Positions 1 through 8,213 of a stretch of DNA of 56,175 bases are shown piece by piece; the first letter of the stretch is position 1, and the number at the start of each line of letters is the position of its first letter. Below the pieces are notes generated by a model that saw only the letters and a list, made by a program, of their open reading frames with translations, was not told where the DNA came from and made no database searches. Position numbers and translations under genes: made by a program. The stretch is from Dehalococcoidia bacterium (GTDB lineage: Bacteria > Chloroflexota > Dehalococcoidia > GIF9 > JAUXIO01), in NCBI GenBank assembly GCA_030620975.1, contig JAUXIO010000002.1, forward strand, positions 1-56,175. The letters are read 5' to 3'.

Positions 1-419
1 GCATTTTGGTCGCCATCATTCTGGTATTTCCACCACAGCCATACCGCCTCCAGTCCACCGATGCCCTTTAGCCGCCTGGGAATACCTAATTGCTGCTCCA
101 CTAACTTGAAGCCGCCATACAGATTGTTTCTCCAGCAGTCGTACATAAGGTCGTGATGGTAATAATAGCTGCTCAGGTCTATCCCCAAAGAAGCATATAT
201 GAAAGGAAGGTCGAACCGGCTGCCGTTATAAGTGTAGATTGCGCTTACATTTTCAAGGGCTTTGAATAAATTATCTCCGGTTACTTCTTCGCCCACCAAC
301 TGAACCAGTTGATTATTTGTGCCATCGCACCGATAAATGCCAATTACAGTAATATAGTCATAAAACCGAGATAAGCCGGTGGTCTCTATATCAAGGTAGG
401 CATCAGTCAATTGCCTCAC
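1..419 (-). CDS. RNase H-like / DEDD 3'-5' exonuclease domain protein (YprB-like); C-terminal part lies outside the window
   Basis: Not in the ORF track because it runs off the edge. Reverse-strand translation from GTG at 417-419 gives VRQLTDAYLDIETTGLSRFYDYITVIGIY...YTYNGSRFDLPFIYASLG...HHDLMYDCW...LGIPRRLKGIGGLEAVWLWWKY. DIETTG, YNGxxFDxPF and HxDL motifs are typical of RNase H-fold exonucleases. A purine-rich GGAAGGCGGAAG stretch lies just upstream. Confidence 0.7.
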   Translation of the reverse strand, partial: MRQLTDAYLDIETTGLSRFYDYITVIGIYRCDGTNNQLVQLVGEEVTGDNLFKALENVSAIYTYNGSRFDLPFIYASLGIDLSSYYYHHDLMYDCWRNNLYGGFKLVEQQLGIPRRLKGIGGLEAVWLWWKYQNDGDQN

Positions 420-482
420 AACTTCCGCCTTCCATCAAACTACAGCATTAGCATACACCAGTAACAGCTAGAGTGTCACAAA

Positions 483-790
483 TTACTGCTTTTCTCCATA
501 CACACCAAGCATTGCTTTAGCAGTCCCAATTATATCCTGGCGGAGTTCTTCTGGCTCCAGCACCTTAGCTTGATTAAATGCCCTGCTGTAAAAGCCATGC
601 TTTCTGGCTATCTCCGGCTCAAACCTGAGCTTGATGGTCTAGCCTCGCCATACACCACAATACTCCAGGCCGAGCCGAAGTACTTATGGGCACTGAAATC
701 CTCCGGCACCGTCTAATAGAGCTGGAATAGTTGAGGTTTGATTCCGGACCTGGCACGATGCTGATCATGGAACGGAGAGTTGAGGGTAGT
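483..790 (-). pseudogene. Relic of a WYL/WCX-domain (YafY-like) transcriptional regulator C-terminus, disrupted by a stop and a frameshift
   Basis: Reverse-strand reading gives ...FHDQHRARSGIKPQLFQLY*TVPEDFSAHKYFGSAWSIVVYGEA, then after a frame change TIKLRFEPEIARKHGFYSRAFNQAKVLEPEELRQDIIGTAKAMLGVYGEKQ*. The pattern P-x-DF...v-L-r-F-x-P...V-L-E-P-x-E-L-R...Y resembles the C-terminal extension of YafY/WYL regulators, recalled from memory. No intact ORF of 60 aa or more is present. Confidence 0.4.
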
Positions 791-792
791 TT

Positions 793-1848
793 TTATTCAC
801 CCTCACCCCCTTCTTCGGGCGGCAGTATCTCGCTTATTTTACGCTTGCTTGGTTTCTGAACGCGTGGTGTGGCTGGTAACTTTTGCCCAATAACCTCTTT
901 GACACCGATTTCAGGAAGAGCGTTGCCAAAGAAAACCTTAGTATGCGGCCAGGGAATCTCGATACCTTCCTCATCAAAGGCTCTCTTGAGCCTGAGGCGC
1001 AATTCCCCCATTACGCCCCACTGGCGCATTTGCTTGGTCTTACCAAGAATCCTAATCGCAATGCCGGAGTCTTCGAAAGCATCAACTCTAAGCGCCTGTG
1101 GCGCTTCCAAAATAAAGGGGCGCCACTCAGGGTCTTCAGCCATTTCCTCGCCTACTCTATTTATAACCTCGATAACATGGTCAAGGTCTTCTCCGTATCC
1201 CACGGAGATATTCATATTTACTCTCGCCCATTCCTTGGTAAGGTTGCTGGCTACCTTGATTTCGCCGTTGGGAATGGTATGGACTGTGCCATCGAAGTCT
1301 CTAAGAACAGTCCGACGAAGATTTATCTCCTCAACTAGCCCGCCAATCCCGGCAATTTGCACCCAATCGCCCACTCTGTACTGGTCTTCCAGCAGAATAA
1401 GGGTGCCGCCGATTATATCTCGAATTAGGGCCTGGGCGCCAAAGCCAACGGCAACTCCGGCGATGCCAAGTCCAGCTAAGGCAGCATTAATATTGACGCC
1501 AATCTCAGCTAGAATGGCAAAAAGAGCACATATAATGATGAGAACAATGCCAGTGTCAACAAAAACGGAGGTTAATGTATTGACTCTCTTTTCAACCTCC
1601 TCCTCCAATTTTTTTGCTGCCCGTTTGGTCAATGCTCGTCTAACCGACGGCCTGGCTAACAGCCTTTTTATAATAGCGGGTACAAAATGATTTAAAAGGA
1701 AGTACAGAGCCACCGACAGAATTATGATTAGCAAGATGCGACCGCCGTGCTCCAAAAGCCAATTGATTACCGGTGTCCAGTCCATAATTGTCTTACCTTG
1801 GTTAGATTCTAACAGAAGAGGTAAACTTTGCCAACGAGCTAGAAACAA
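793..1848 (-). CDS. Mechanosensitive ion channel, MscS family
   Basis: 351-aa ORF with N-terminal TM helices, then ...VGDWVQIAGIGGLVEEINLRRTVLRDFDGTVHTIPNGEI..., the typical MscS beta-domain. An alternative start at MDWTPV (1785) is possible. Confidence 0.9.
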   Translation of the reverse strand: MFLARWQSLPLLLESNQGKTIMDWTPVINWLLEHGGRILLIIILSVALYFLLNHFVPAIIKRLLARPSVRRALTKRAAKKLEEEVEKRVNTLTSVFVDTGIVLIIICALFAILAEIGVNINAALAGLGIAGVAVGFGAQALIRDIIGGTLILLEDQYRVGDWVQIAGIGGLVEEINLRRTVLRDFDGTVHTIPNGEIKVASNLTKEWARVNMNISVGYGEDLDHVIEVINRVGEEMAEDPEWRPFILEAPQALRVDAFEDSGIAIRILGKTKQMRQWGVMGELRLRLKRAFDEEGIEIPWPHTKVFFGNALPEIGVKEVIGQKLPATPRVQKPSKRKISEILPPEEGGEGE

Positions 1849-1898
1849 AAAGCTAAATCATTTAATACAACCTGCATATTTATTGCCCAAATGGGCAC

Positions 1899-1926
1899 TT
1901 GATATCATCCCGAGATGGATTATAGT
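1899..1926 (+). promoter_or_regulatory. Sigma70-type promoter candidate for the deacetylase gene
   Basis: TTGATA (1899-1904), 16-nt spacer, TATAGT (1921-1926); 35 nt upstream of the ATG at 1962. Confidence 0.5.
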
Positions 1927-1961
1927 ATGGTAGAAACCACTCTTTGCAGGTCAGGCTAATC

Positions 1962-3026
1962 ATGCGGACGGCAATAGTTTACAGCCAGAAAATGCGGGAA
2001 TACGACTTGGGACACGTCCTGACCGGCGACAGATATGAAAGCTTTATGCGCCTGTTCTGGGAAAAGCTCGGTGACAATCCAGCTTTTGAAATCGTTGAGC
2101 CCGGCTACGCAACTGAAGCTGACTTAAAACTGGTGCATACCGAAGAATATATCAGGCGAGTGGAGAGATGCGAATCTCAAGATCCGCATGACACGCCCCT
2201 TTCTCCCCGCGTGGTAAGGGCTGCAAAGCTCATGGCCGGCGCTGGCAAGCTCGCCGGAGAGCTGGTTCAGTCGGGAGCATTCGGCAAGGCAATCGCCATA
2301 GGTGGAGGAGTACAACACGCGGGCAGAAACTACGAAAGGGGATTTGGCATATTCAGCGACGTCGGAATATGCGCTGAGAATCTAATGCAAAACTACGGGC
2401 TAGAACGAATCTTGATTCTGGACGCAGATGCTCACGCCGGAGATGGAATCTATTCAATCTTTGCCCGCGACCCCAGAGTATTATTCATATCTATTCACCA
2501 AGACCCCCACACTCTCTATCCCGGGCCTGGCTACACGAATCCCATGGGAGAGGGAGAAGGTCGAGGTTGCTCTATGAACGTTCCTCTACTACCAGGCACT
2601 GGCGACCTGGCTTATGAGTACGTACTGGACAGCGTATTCATTCCACTGGCCGAGGAATTTCGCCCACAAGTAATAATAATGGTAGACGGCAGTGATACTC
2701 ACTTCATGGACCAAATAACCCAAATGGGATTGACACTAAAGGGCATTTACATGATTGCAGACAAAGTGAGACGGGCTGCAGATAGGATATGTCAAGGTAA
2801 AGTGATTGCATTCGCAGGCTCTGGATACGACCCCAAGGGCATCCTGTTTCCCAGGGGATGGCTGGCTTCGGTCTGCGGCCTAACTGGACTGGAAATTGAA
2901 CTCGATGAGCCTTATCCCTTTCCTCAAGGATACAGGAGCGACTACGGGGTGCTAGAGGCAAGAAAAGCAGCAGAAACTCTGAAAGCAAATTTTGCTCCAT
3001 ATTGGAGATGTTTTGCTTCTTCCTAA
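1962..3026 (+). CDS. Histone deacetylase / acetoin-utilisation (AcuC-like) family deacetylase
   Basis: ORF 1944-3026. The likely ATG is at 1962 (MRTAIVYSQKM...). Motifs ...GGGVQHAGRNYERGFGIFSDV... and ILILDADAHAGDGI match the HDAC/arginase-fold active site (HxxxxxxGF, DxDxHxGDG). Confidence 0.85.
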   Translation: MRTAIVYSQKMREYDLGHVLTGDRYESFMRLFWEKLGDNPAFEIVEPGYATEADLKLVHTEEYIRRVERCESQDPHDTPLSPRVVRAAKLMAGAGKLAGELVQSGAFGKAIAIGGGVQHAGRNYERGFGIFSDVGICAENLMQNYGLERILILDADAHAGDGIYSIFARDPRVLFISIHQDPHTLYPGPGYTNPMGEGEGRGCSMNVPLLPGTGDLAYEYVLDSVFIPLAEEFRPQVIIMVDGSDTHFMDQITQMGLTLKGIYMIADKVRRAADRICQGKVIAFAGSGYDPKGILFPRGWLASVCGLTGLEIELDEPYPFPQGYRSDYGVLEARKAAETLKANFAPYWRCFASS

Positions 3027-3188
3027 TCTCCACCGTAATAAGCTCTTTTTTGAGGGTGCTTCTACAAGGCTTGCTTTCTACCCTTGTGGCAAATGGCACA
3101 ATGTGTGGCAGAACCCGATGAAGTTAATCAAGAAAGGAGAGAGGACAACACAGCAATGTCATCCCCTCTCCTCATCGTGTTGGCCTTC

Positions 3189-3509
3189 CTAGACGAGAGT
3201 CTGGTCCCTCACCTTAGCGTAACACTCGCTGCAGTACACGGGTCGCCCTTCTCTAGGCTCAAAGGGCACTTCGGTCTCTTTGCCGCAAGCGGCGCAAACG
3301 GCGGGATGCATTTCCCTCCTCCGATAACCGTCGCTATCCCAGCTACCTTGCGAACTGCGGCGCTGGTCTTTCTTAGCTTGTCGGCACTGAGGACAACGCT
3401 TGGGTTCATTAGTGAAACCCTTGGCGGCAAAGAACTCCTGCTCGGAAGCGCTGAAAGTGAAACTTGCGCTACACTCTACGCATTCGAGGGTCTTGTCCAC
3501 ATAATCCAT
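3189..3509 (-). CDS. Zinc-ribbon protein with two CxxC...CxxC units
   Basis: MDYVDKTLECVECSASFTFSASEQEFFAAKGFTNEPKRCPQCRQ....AVCAACGKETEVPFEPREGRPVYCSECY. GGAGG lies 6 nt upstream of the ATG at 3509, so the track start at 3551 is probably too long. Confidence 0.75.
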   Translation of the reverse strand: MDYVDKTLECVECSASFTFSASEQEFFAAKGFTNEPKRCPQCRQAKKDQRRSSQGSWDSDGYRRREMHPAVCAACGKETEVPFEPREGRPVYCSECYAKVRDQTLV

Positions 3510-3618
3510 GGATGACCTCCTTTCTTCAGAACTCGGTTCCAGTTTGGTCATCCACGGCCCGGGGAATTCGCGGTAAATGGCATGTATGGGGAATTACAAA
3601 CTTTCAACCTAATAATAT

Positions 3619-3647
3619 CTTATATCATAGCACTCAAGGTTTGTCAA
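3619..3647 (-). promoter_or_regulatory. Sigma70-type promoter candidate for the zinc-ribbon gene
   Basis: On the minus strand: TTGACA (3647-3642), 17-nt spacer, TATAAG (3624-3619). Confidence 0.5.
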
Positions 3648-3767
3648 GTTACAGAAGAAGTGCAACAGACCAACGGCTGTTAAGGTACACACAGCCACAT
3701 GAGATGGCGAAGTGTGCCGTGTGGCGAAAGACTGAACTAGAAAAGGTTAAGGTAATTTCTGTCCTTA

Positions 3768-3841
3768 TGGCTGGGGAAGTAGGATTCGAACCTACCCTTA
3801 CGGATCCAGAGTCCGCCGTCCTACCACTAGACTATTCCCCA
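3768..3841 (-). tRNA. tRNA-Gln (anticodon CUG), CCA encoded
   Basis: Reverse complement TGGGGAATAGTCTAGTGGTAGGACGGCGGACTCTGGATCCGTAAGGGTAGGTTCGAATCCTACTTCCCCAGCCA folds as a cloverleaf. Acceptor TGGGGAA/TTCCCCA, anticodon stem GCGGA/TCCGT, loop CT-CTG-GA, T-arm GTAGG-TTCGAAT-CCTAC; 74 nt. Confidence 0.95.
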
Positions 3842-3851
3842 GCAAATTACA

Positions 3852-3880
3852 ATTATAACAGGCTGCTATATCCGCAGCAA
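3852..3880 (-). promoter_or_regulatory. Promoter candidate for tRNA-Gln
   Basis: On the minus strand: TTGCTG (3880-3875), 17-nt spacer, TATAAT (3857-3852). The -10 ends about 10 nt before the mature tRNA 5' end. Confidence 0.55.
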
Positions 3881-4155
3881 TTCCGCCCTGCTTAACACTT
3901 TGCTTGTAACTAAGCTCATCAAGCAATCTGGCTGATGCCAGTCGCTTGTCATGCTTACTTTGAGATAAGTAACTAGAAGAAACGCCCTGAGGATTCTGAG
4001 GCAAAAAAGCGAGCGACAGTATCTCAAAAAAGAGGGAACAACAAAGCTAGGACAAGAAAAAAGTTGGTAACAGTAGCTTTGTGAAAAGACCTAACCAAGG
4101 AAGGTGGCAGGTAATCCTTACGGGATGAAAGAAATAAAGTGAAATCCCTGTCAAA

Positions 4156-4392
4156 CTAGAATGGAACAAACTTCGTCGTCTTCTGCCAAACCAATCTGCG
4201 GGCACTCAACCACCTCAGCTTGTCGTATGTTATGCCCTCGTCCAAATGCATTGCGTCAGCTAGTTGTTCCACCGTTGCACTACCAGGCTTATCTAGATAC
4301 TCAAGTATATCTGCTTCATCGTCCTTCCCTATTTCCCGAAGCCGCGGTATTGTCTCCCTGCCTAACTGAGTCAACACATAGTAATACTTCAC
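4156..4392 (-). CDS. Small hypothetical protein (78 aa), possible winged-helix fold
   Basis: GTG start with GGAGG 8 nt upstream. MKYYYVLTQLGRETIPRLREIG...ATVEQLADAMHLDEGITYDKLRWLSARRLVW. I recognise no family. Confidence 0.6.
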   Translation of the reverse strand: MKYYYVLTQLGRETIPRLREIGKDDEADILEYLDKPGSATVEQLADAMHLDEGITYDKLRWLSARRLVWQKTTKFVPF

Positions 4393-4625
4393 ACACTATT
4401 CCTCCCCTGTCATTGAGTGAGGTTAAATGTACGCCGGCAAGCCTTCCCGCTAAACCATCGGATTTTATGTAACACTATAGATGCCTACCCCCACACAAGC
4501 AACCTTGTCAGTCTTCAATTTTACAATGTCTGTACAGTTGTGTCAGCATAATAAGGAGATGTTGCCGTCAGCATCGTGGCTACCGGCAAGAAGAACTTAA
4601 GCTGGCACAAGCTATAAACCCAAGC

Positions 4626-4654
4626 TTGATTAGCCGATAGCCCCCTGTTATACT
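4626..4654 (+). promoter_or_regulatory. Promoter candidate immediately upstream of rnc
   Basis: TTGATT (4626-4631), 17-nt spacer, TATACT (4649-4654). The -10 ends only 9 nt before the GTG at 4664. Confidence 0.45.
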
Positions 4655-4663
4655 CAAGCAAAA

Positions 4664-5356
4664 GTGGCCAACTGGGATGTTCTGCAGCAAGCCATAGGTA
4701 TCTCCTTCAAGGACCTGTCTCTCCTTCAGCAAGCCTTCGTTCATGGCTCCTTCATCAACGAGAACCGGGATTTTCCCATCCCCGATAATGAGCGTATGGA
4801 ATTCTTGGGCGATGCCCTGCTGAACTTCATAGCAGCCGAGGAGCTATACCATAACTTTCCCAAACTTCCCGAAGGAAAGCTGACCGAAATCAGGGCAGAG
4901 CTGGTCTGCCGTGACACCTTGGCCCAAATAGCTACTCGCCTGAAACTTAACGATTACCTCTATCTGGGGCAAGGGGAAGAGGCAAGCGGGGGACGACAAA
5001 AACAGACCAACCTAGCTAATGCTCTAGAGGCATTGATTGCGGCTATAGCCCTGGACCAAGGCCTAGATAAAGCCAGGGAATTCGCCTTGAGAGAGCTTGA
5101 TGCCAAGTTAAAAGAGGTGGAACTTCACGGAGTAAGCCGTAACTATAAAGTCCTATTACAAGAATTGGCTCAAGCCAGACAAGGGCAAACTCCAATCTAC
5201 CGCCTCATTGCCACCTCTGGACCCGACCACGACAAGGAGTTCACCGTCGAAGTCCTCATCGGAGACGAAGTAGTGGGCAGAGGCAGGGACAAAAACAAGC
5301 AAGCTGCCGAAATCAATGCTGCCCACTCAGCCTGGGAAAAACTAGCAGCGAACTAA
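4664..5356 (+). CDS. rnc: Ribonuclease III
   Basis: RNase III signature ERMEFLGDALLNF, plus a C-terminal dsRBD (YKVLLQELAQARQGQTPIYRLIATSGPDHDKEFTVEV...GRGRDKNKQAAEINAA). GTG start. Confidence 0.95.
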   Translation: MANWDVLQQAIGISFKDLSLLQQAFVHGSFINENRDFPIPDNERMEFLGDALLNFIAAEELYHNFPKLPEGKLTEIRAELVCRDTLAQIATRLKLNDYLYLGQGEEASGGRQKQTNLANALEALIAAIALDQGLDKAREFALRELDAKLKEVELHGVSRNYKVLLQELAQARQGQTPIYRLIATSGPDHDKEFTVEVLIGDEVVGRGRDKNKQAAEINAAHSAWEKLAAN

Positions 5357-5430
5357 TCCTTTACAGGAAAGTCGCCCTTTGTTACACTTCTATCGGATTC
5401 ATCAAGCTATTTACTGAGGAAGAAACTGAT

Positions 5431-6795
5431 TTGAATAAAGAGGAGCTATTAGCCCGAGCCTGCAAGCCGGCCCAAGATGCCATGATAGTGCACCCTTTCT
5501 ACCGGGGTAAAATCCAGGTTGTGCCCAAATGTGCCATCAATAGCCCTGACGATTTTGCCATTTACTATACGCCTGGAGTCGCCGAGCCATGCAAGGCAAT
5601 TAAAGCCAACAAGGATAAAGTATATGAACTCACCAATAAGTGGAATACAGTGGCTGTAGTTTCCGACGGAACCAGAATCCTGGGACTGGGAGATATTGGT
5701 CCCGAAGCCAGTTTACCAGTAATGGAAGGAAAGGCACTGCTCTTTAAATATCTTGGTGGAGTTGATGCCTTCCCCATTTGTCTTGATACTAAAGACCCCG
5801 AGGAAATAATTACCGCAGTCAAATGGCTCCAGCCCTCCTTTGGCGGCATCAATTTGGAAGACATTGCCAGCCCGAAGTGTTTTTACATTCTTAAAAAATT
5901 GCGAGCAGAAATGGACATACCCGTCTGGCACGATGACCAGCAGGGTACCGCCGCCGTCATCCTGGCAGGATTAATAAATAGTCTGAAGTTAACCGGCAAA
6001 AAGCTGGATAAGGTGAGCATTGCCATGATTGGTGCTGGGGCTGCTAACATCGCCATCTCAAAGCTTCTTTTTACCGCCGGCGCTAAGCCAGAAAGTTACC
6101 TCATCGTTGATAGCGAGGGCATTCTCTACCCGAAGCGGGAGGATCTCAAAACAAAGAGAGACAAGTATATAGACAAATGGAAATTATGTCAGATAACTAA
6201 CATTGAGCGAAGGATTGGAGGAATCGCCGAAGCATTAAGAGGTGCTGATGTATGTATTGCACTATCTAAACCGGGTCCCGGCATCATTCGGCCAGAGTGG
6301 ATCAAAGATATGGCTAAAGATGCCATCGTCTTCAGCTGCGCCAACCCAATTCCCGAAATCTGGCCATGGGAAGCTAAGGAAGCTGGCGCCAAGATTGTAG
6401 CTACGGGGCGCTCTGATTTCCCCAACCAAGTAAACAACTCCCTGGGTTTTCCCGGCATTTTTCGTGGTACTTTAGATGTACACGCCAGAGCTATCACCGA
6501 CGATATGTGTGTCGCCGCCGCCTATTCACTGGCAGATACTGCCGAAAGCCGTGGCATAACCGAGGATAATATTATCCCAACCATGTGGGAGACAGAAGCC
6601 TACATCAACGAAGCTATTGCCGTAGCCATGAAAGCTCAAGAGCAAGGAGTGGCCAGAATAAGCCGCAGCCAAGAAGAACTGCACAAAAGTGCTGAAGCCA
6701 TGATCAAGAGTGCTCAGCGGATGGCAACCCTTCTCGTAAAAGAGGGACTCATTGCATCCGCTCCTCAACAAACTTATAAACCTATCGCGAGGTGA
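5431..6795 (+). CDS. NAD(P)-dependent malic enzyme (short form, no PTA domain)
   Basis: YTPGVAEPC, SDGTRILGLGDIGPEASLPVMEGKALLFK, FGGINLEDI and the GAGAANIA Rossmann motif. 454 aa, TTG start. Confidence 0.92.
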   Translation: MNKEELLARACKPAQDAMIVHPFYRGKIQVVPKCAINSPDDFAIYYTPGVAEPCKAIKANKDKVYELTNKWNTVAVVSDGTRILGLGDIGPEASLPVMEGKALLFKYLGGVDAFPICLDTKDPEEIITAVKWLQPSFGGINLEDIASPKCFYILKKLRAEMDIPVWHDDQQGTAAVILAGLINSLKLTGKKLDKVSIAMIGAGAANIAISKLLFTAGAKPESYLIVDSEGILYPKREDLKTKRDKYIDKWKLCQITNIERRIGGIAEALRGADVCIALSKPGPGIIRPEWIKDMAKDAIVFSCANPIPEIWPWEAKEAGAKIVATGRSDFPNQVNNSLGFPGIFRGTLDVHARAITDDMCVAAAYSLADTAESRGITEDNIIPTMWETEAYINEAIAVAMKAQEQGVARISRSQEELHKSAEAMIKSAQRMATLLVKEGLIASAPQQTYKPIAR

Positions 6796-6799
6796 TGCT

Positions 6800-6946
6800 A
6801 TGGCTAGTCGGGATAAAAGATGGAGAGAACCAAAGAAACCGAAGAGGGGGGCTAAAAAGACCACAGTACCTATTCTAACTCCCCAAGCGACTGTGGAGGT
6901 AATTAAAAGGAGGAAGGAAAAGCCAACTCCCAGCGAGGAAGAATGA
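6800..6946 (+). CDS. Small Lys/Arg-rich hypothetical protein (48 aa)
   Basis: ATG at 6800 is preceded by AGGTGA. MASRDKRWREPKKPKRGAKKTTVPILTPQATVEVIKRRKEKPTPSEEE. The track ORF start at 6752 overlaps the malic enzyme gene and is unlikely. Confidence 0.4.
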   Translation: MASRDKRWREPKKPKRGAKKTTVPILTPQATVEVIKRRKEKPTPSEEE

Positions 6947-6952
6947 AATAAC

Positions 6953-7879
6953 ATGGCGGCTTATTTAGAGCTTTATTATCAGAATAAATTAAAGGAACGA
7001 GTAGAAGCCGCTAAAGCTTTGCTGGAAAGCTGCCGAGTATGCCCTCATCACTGCGGTATCAACCGATTAGCTGGCGAAACTGGCAAATGTCGCACGGCAA
7101 GACAAGCTGTAGTTTCCAGCTACGGGCCACACTATGGCGAAGAGGCACCACTAGTAGGAAAGCACGGCTCCGGAACTATTTTCTTCACCAATTGCAACCT
7201 TCGTTGCCGCTTCTGCCAGAACTACTCCATTAGCCAGCTGGGAGAGGGAGAAGAGGCAAGCAGAGAGGAAATAGCCGGGATGATGCTCACCCTCCAAGCC
7301 AAGGGCTGCCATAATATAAACTTAGTCTCGCCAACCCATGTCGTCCCCCAAATCCTTGAGGCAGTAGAAATAGCCGCCAAAATGGGGGTGCACCTTCCAC
7401 TAGTTTATAATTCCGGTGGTTACGATTCTATGGAAACCTTGAAAATCTTAGATGGAATTATCGATATCTACATGCCCGACATGAAATATTCCGATGAGAA
7501 GACCGCCAGGGAGTTCTCTGGAGTTGCAGACTACCCTTCGATTAATAGGCTAGCAGTGAAAGAAATGCATCGCCAAGTGGGCGACCTTCAGATTAATGAG
7601 GAGGGAATAGCTACCCGGGGGCTTCTGGTGCGCCATCTGGTTTTACCCAATAACTTATCTGGTACCAGAGAGATAGTGCACTTCCTAGCCAGAGAGATTT
7701 CTCAAAATACCTACCTCAATGTTATGGCTCAATATCATCCATGCTATGAGGCTCTCCAAATACCGCAATTGGCCCGAGGCATATTCCGCCACGAGTTCTT
7801 AGAAGCTGCCCAACTAGCTCATGAAGATGGGCTAAATCGGCTGGACAGAGCTCGCCCGGTTATTGTCAGACTGGCTTAG
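6953..7879 (+). CDS. Radical SAM protein, PflX-like (COG1313-type, homologue of pyruvate formate-lyase activase)
   Basis: CNLRCRFCQN CxxxCxxC cluster motif. The N-terminal CRVCPHHCGINRLAGETGKC motif is typical of the PflX group. Confidence 0.85.
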   Translation: MAAYLELYYQNKLKERVEAAKALLESCRVCPHHCGINRLAGETGKCRTARQAVVSSYGPHYGEEAPLVGKHGSGTIFFTNCNLRCRFCQNYSISQLGEGEEASREEIAGMMLTLQAKGCHNINLVSPTHVVPQILEAVEIAAKMGVHLPLVYNSGGYDSMETLKILDGIIDIYMPDMKYSDEKTAREFSGVADYPSINRLAVKEMHRQVGDLQINEEGIATRGLLVRHLVLPNNLSGTREIVHFLAREISQNTYLNVMAQYHPCYEALQIPQLARGIFRHEFLEAAQLAHEDGLNRLDRARPVIVRLA

Positions 7880-7909
7880 TAAAAACTGTGAAGAGGAGAA
7901 TCTAGCAAA

Positions 7910-8194
7910 ATGTCTGAGTTGGTTCATCTTTCGGCCATGGTATATGGCCATGTTCAAGGCGTTTTTTACCGTGCCTTCGTCCTCCACAGGGCCAACAGCT
8001 TGGGCCTAAAAGGTTATGTCCGCAACCTGCCTAAATCTCACGCCGTGGAGGTTAACGCTGAGGGCGATAAACAGAAACTGGAAGAGCTGATTGAACATCT
8101 CAAAATGGGTCCACCTGAAGCTTGGGTAGAAAAGGTAGAACCACACTGGTCAGAATACACCGGGCAATTCACTAATTTCGAAATAAGATACTGA
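7910..8194 (+). CDS. acyP: Acylphosphatase
   Basis: 94 aa. VYGHVQGVFYRAF and GLKGYVRNL are classic acylphosphatase signatures. Confidence 0.92.
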   Translation: MSELVHLSAMVYGHVQGVFYRAFVLHRANSLGLKGYVRNLPKSHAVEVNAEGDKQKLEELIEHLKMGPPEAWVEKVEPHWSEYTGQFTNFEIRY

Positions 8195-8213
8195 TGAGAA
8201 TTGCCGGCAAAGA

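Noticed and set aside
869-1690. 273-aa plus-strand ORF (and 883-1338) inside the mscS gene
   Set aside because: It is antisense to a well-supported MscS CDS. Its Ser/Pro/Arg-rich, low-complexity translation is typical of shadow ORFs, and it has no RBS.
3084-3515. 143-aa plus-strand ORF opposite the zinc-ribbon gene
   Set aside because: The minus-strand ORF has paired CxxC motifs and a perfect SD. The plus-strand ORF has neither.
3464-4004. ORFs 3464-3895 (+) and 3798-4004 (-) around 3.8 kb
   Set aside because: Both run through tRNA-Gln (3768-3841). The ..GFEPTLTDPESAVLPLDYSP.. stretch is just the translated tRNA.
4549-4600. 13-codon mini-ORF (ATG TTG CCG ... TAA) after AAGGAG
   Set aside because: The SD abuts the ATG with zero spacing, and nothing about the composition or context suggests function.
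6800-7879. RiPP-like pair (small peptide plus radical SAM)
   Set aside because: The radical SAM enzyme has the PflX/COG1313 N-terminal Cys motif and no SPASM or twitch extension. The peptide has no Cys, Ser/Thr-rich or Gly-Gly leader features. No protease or transporter is nearby.
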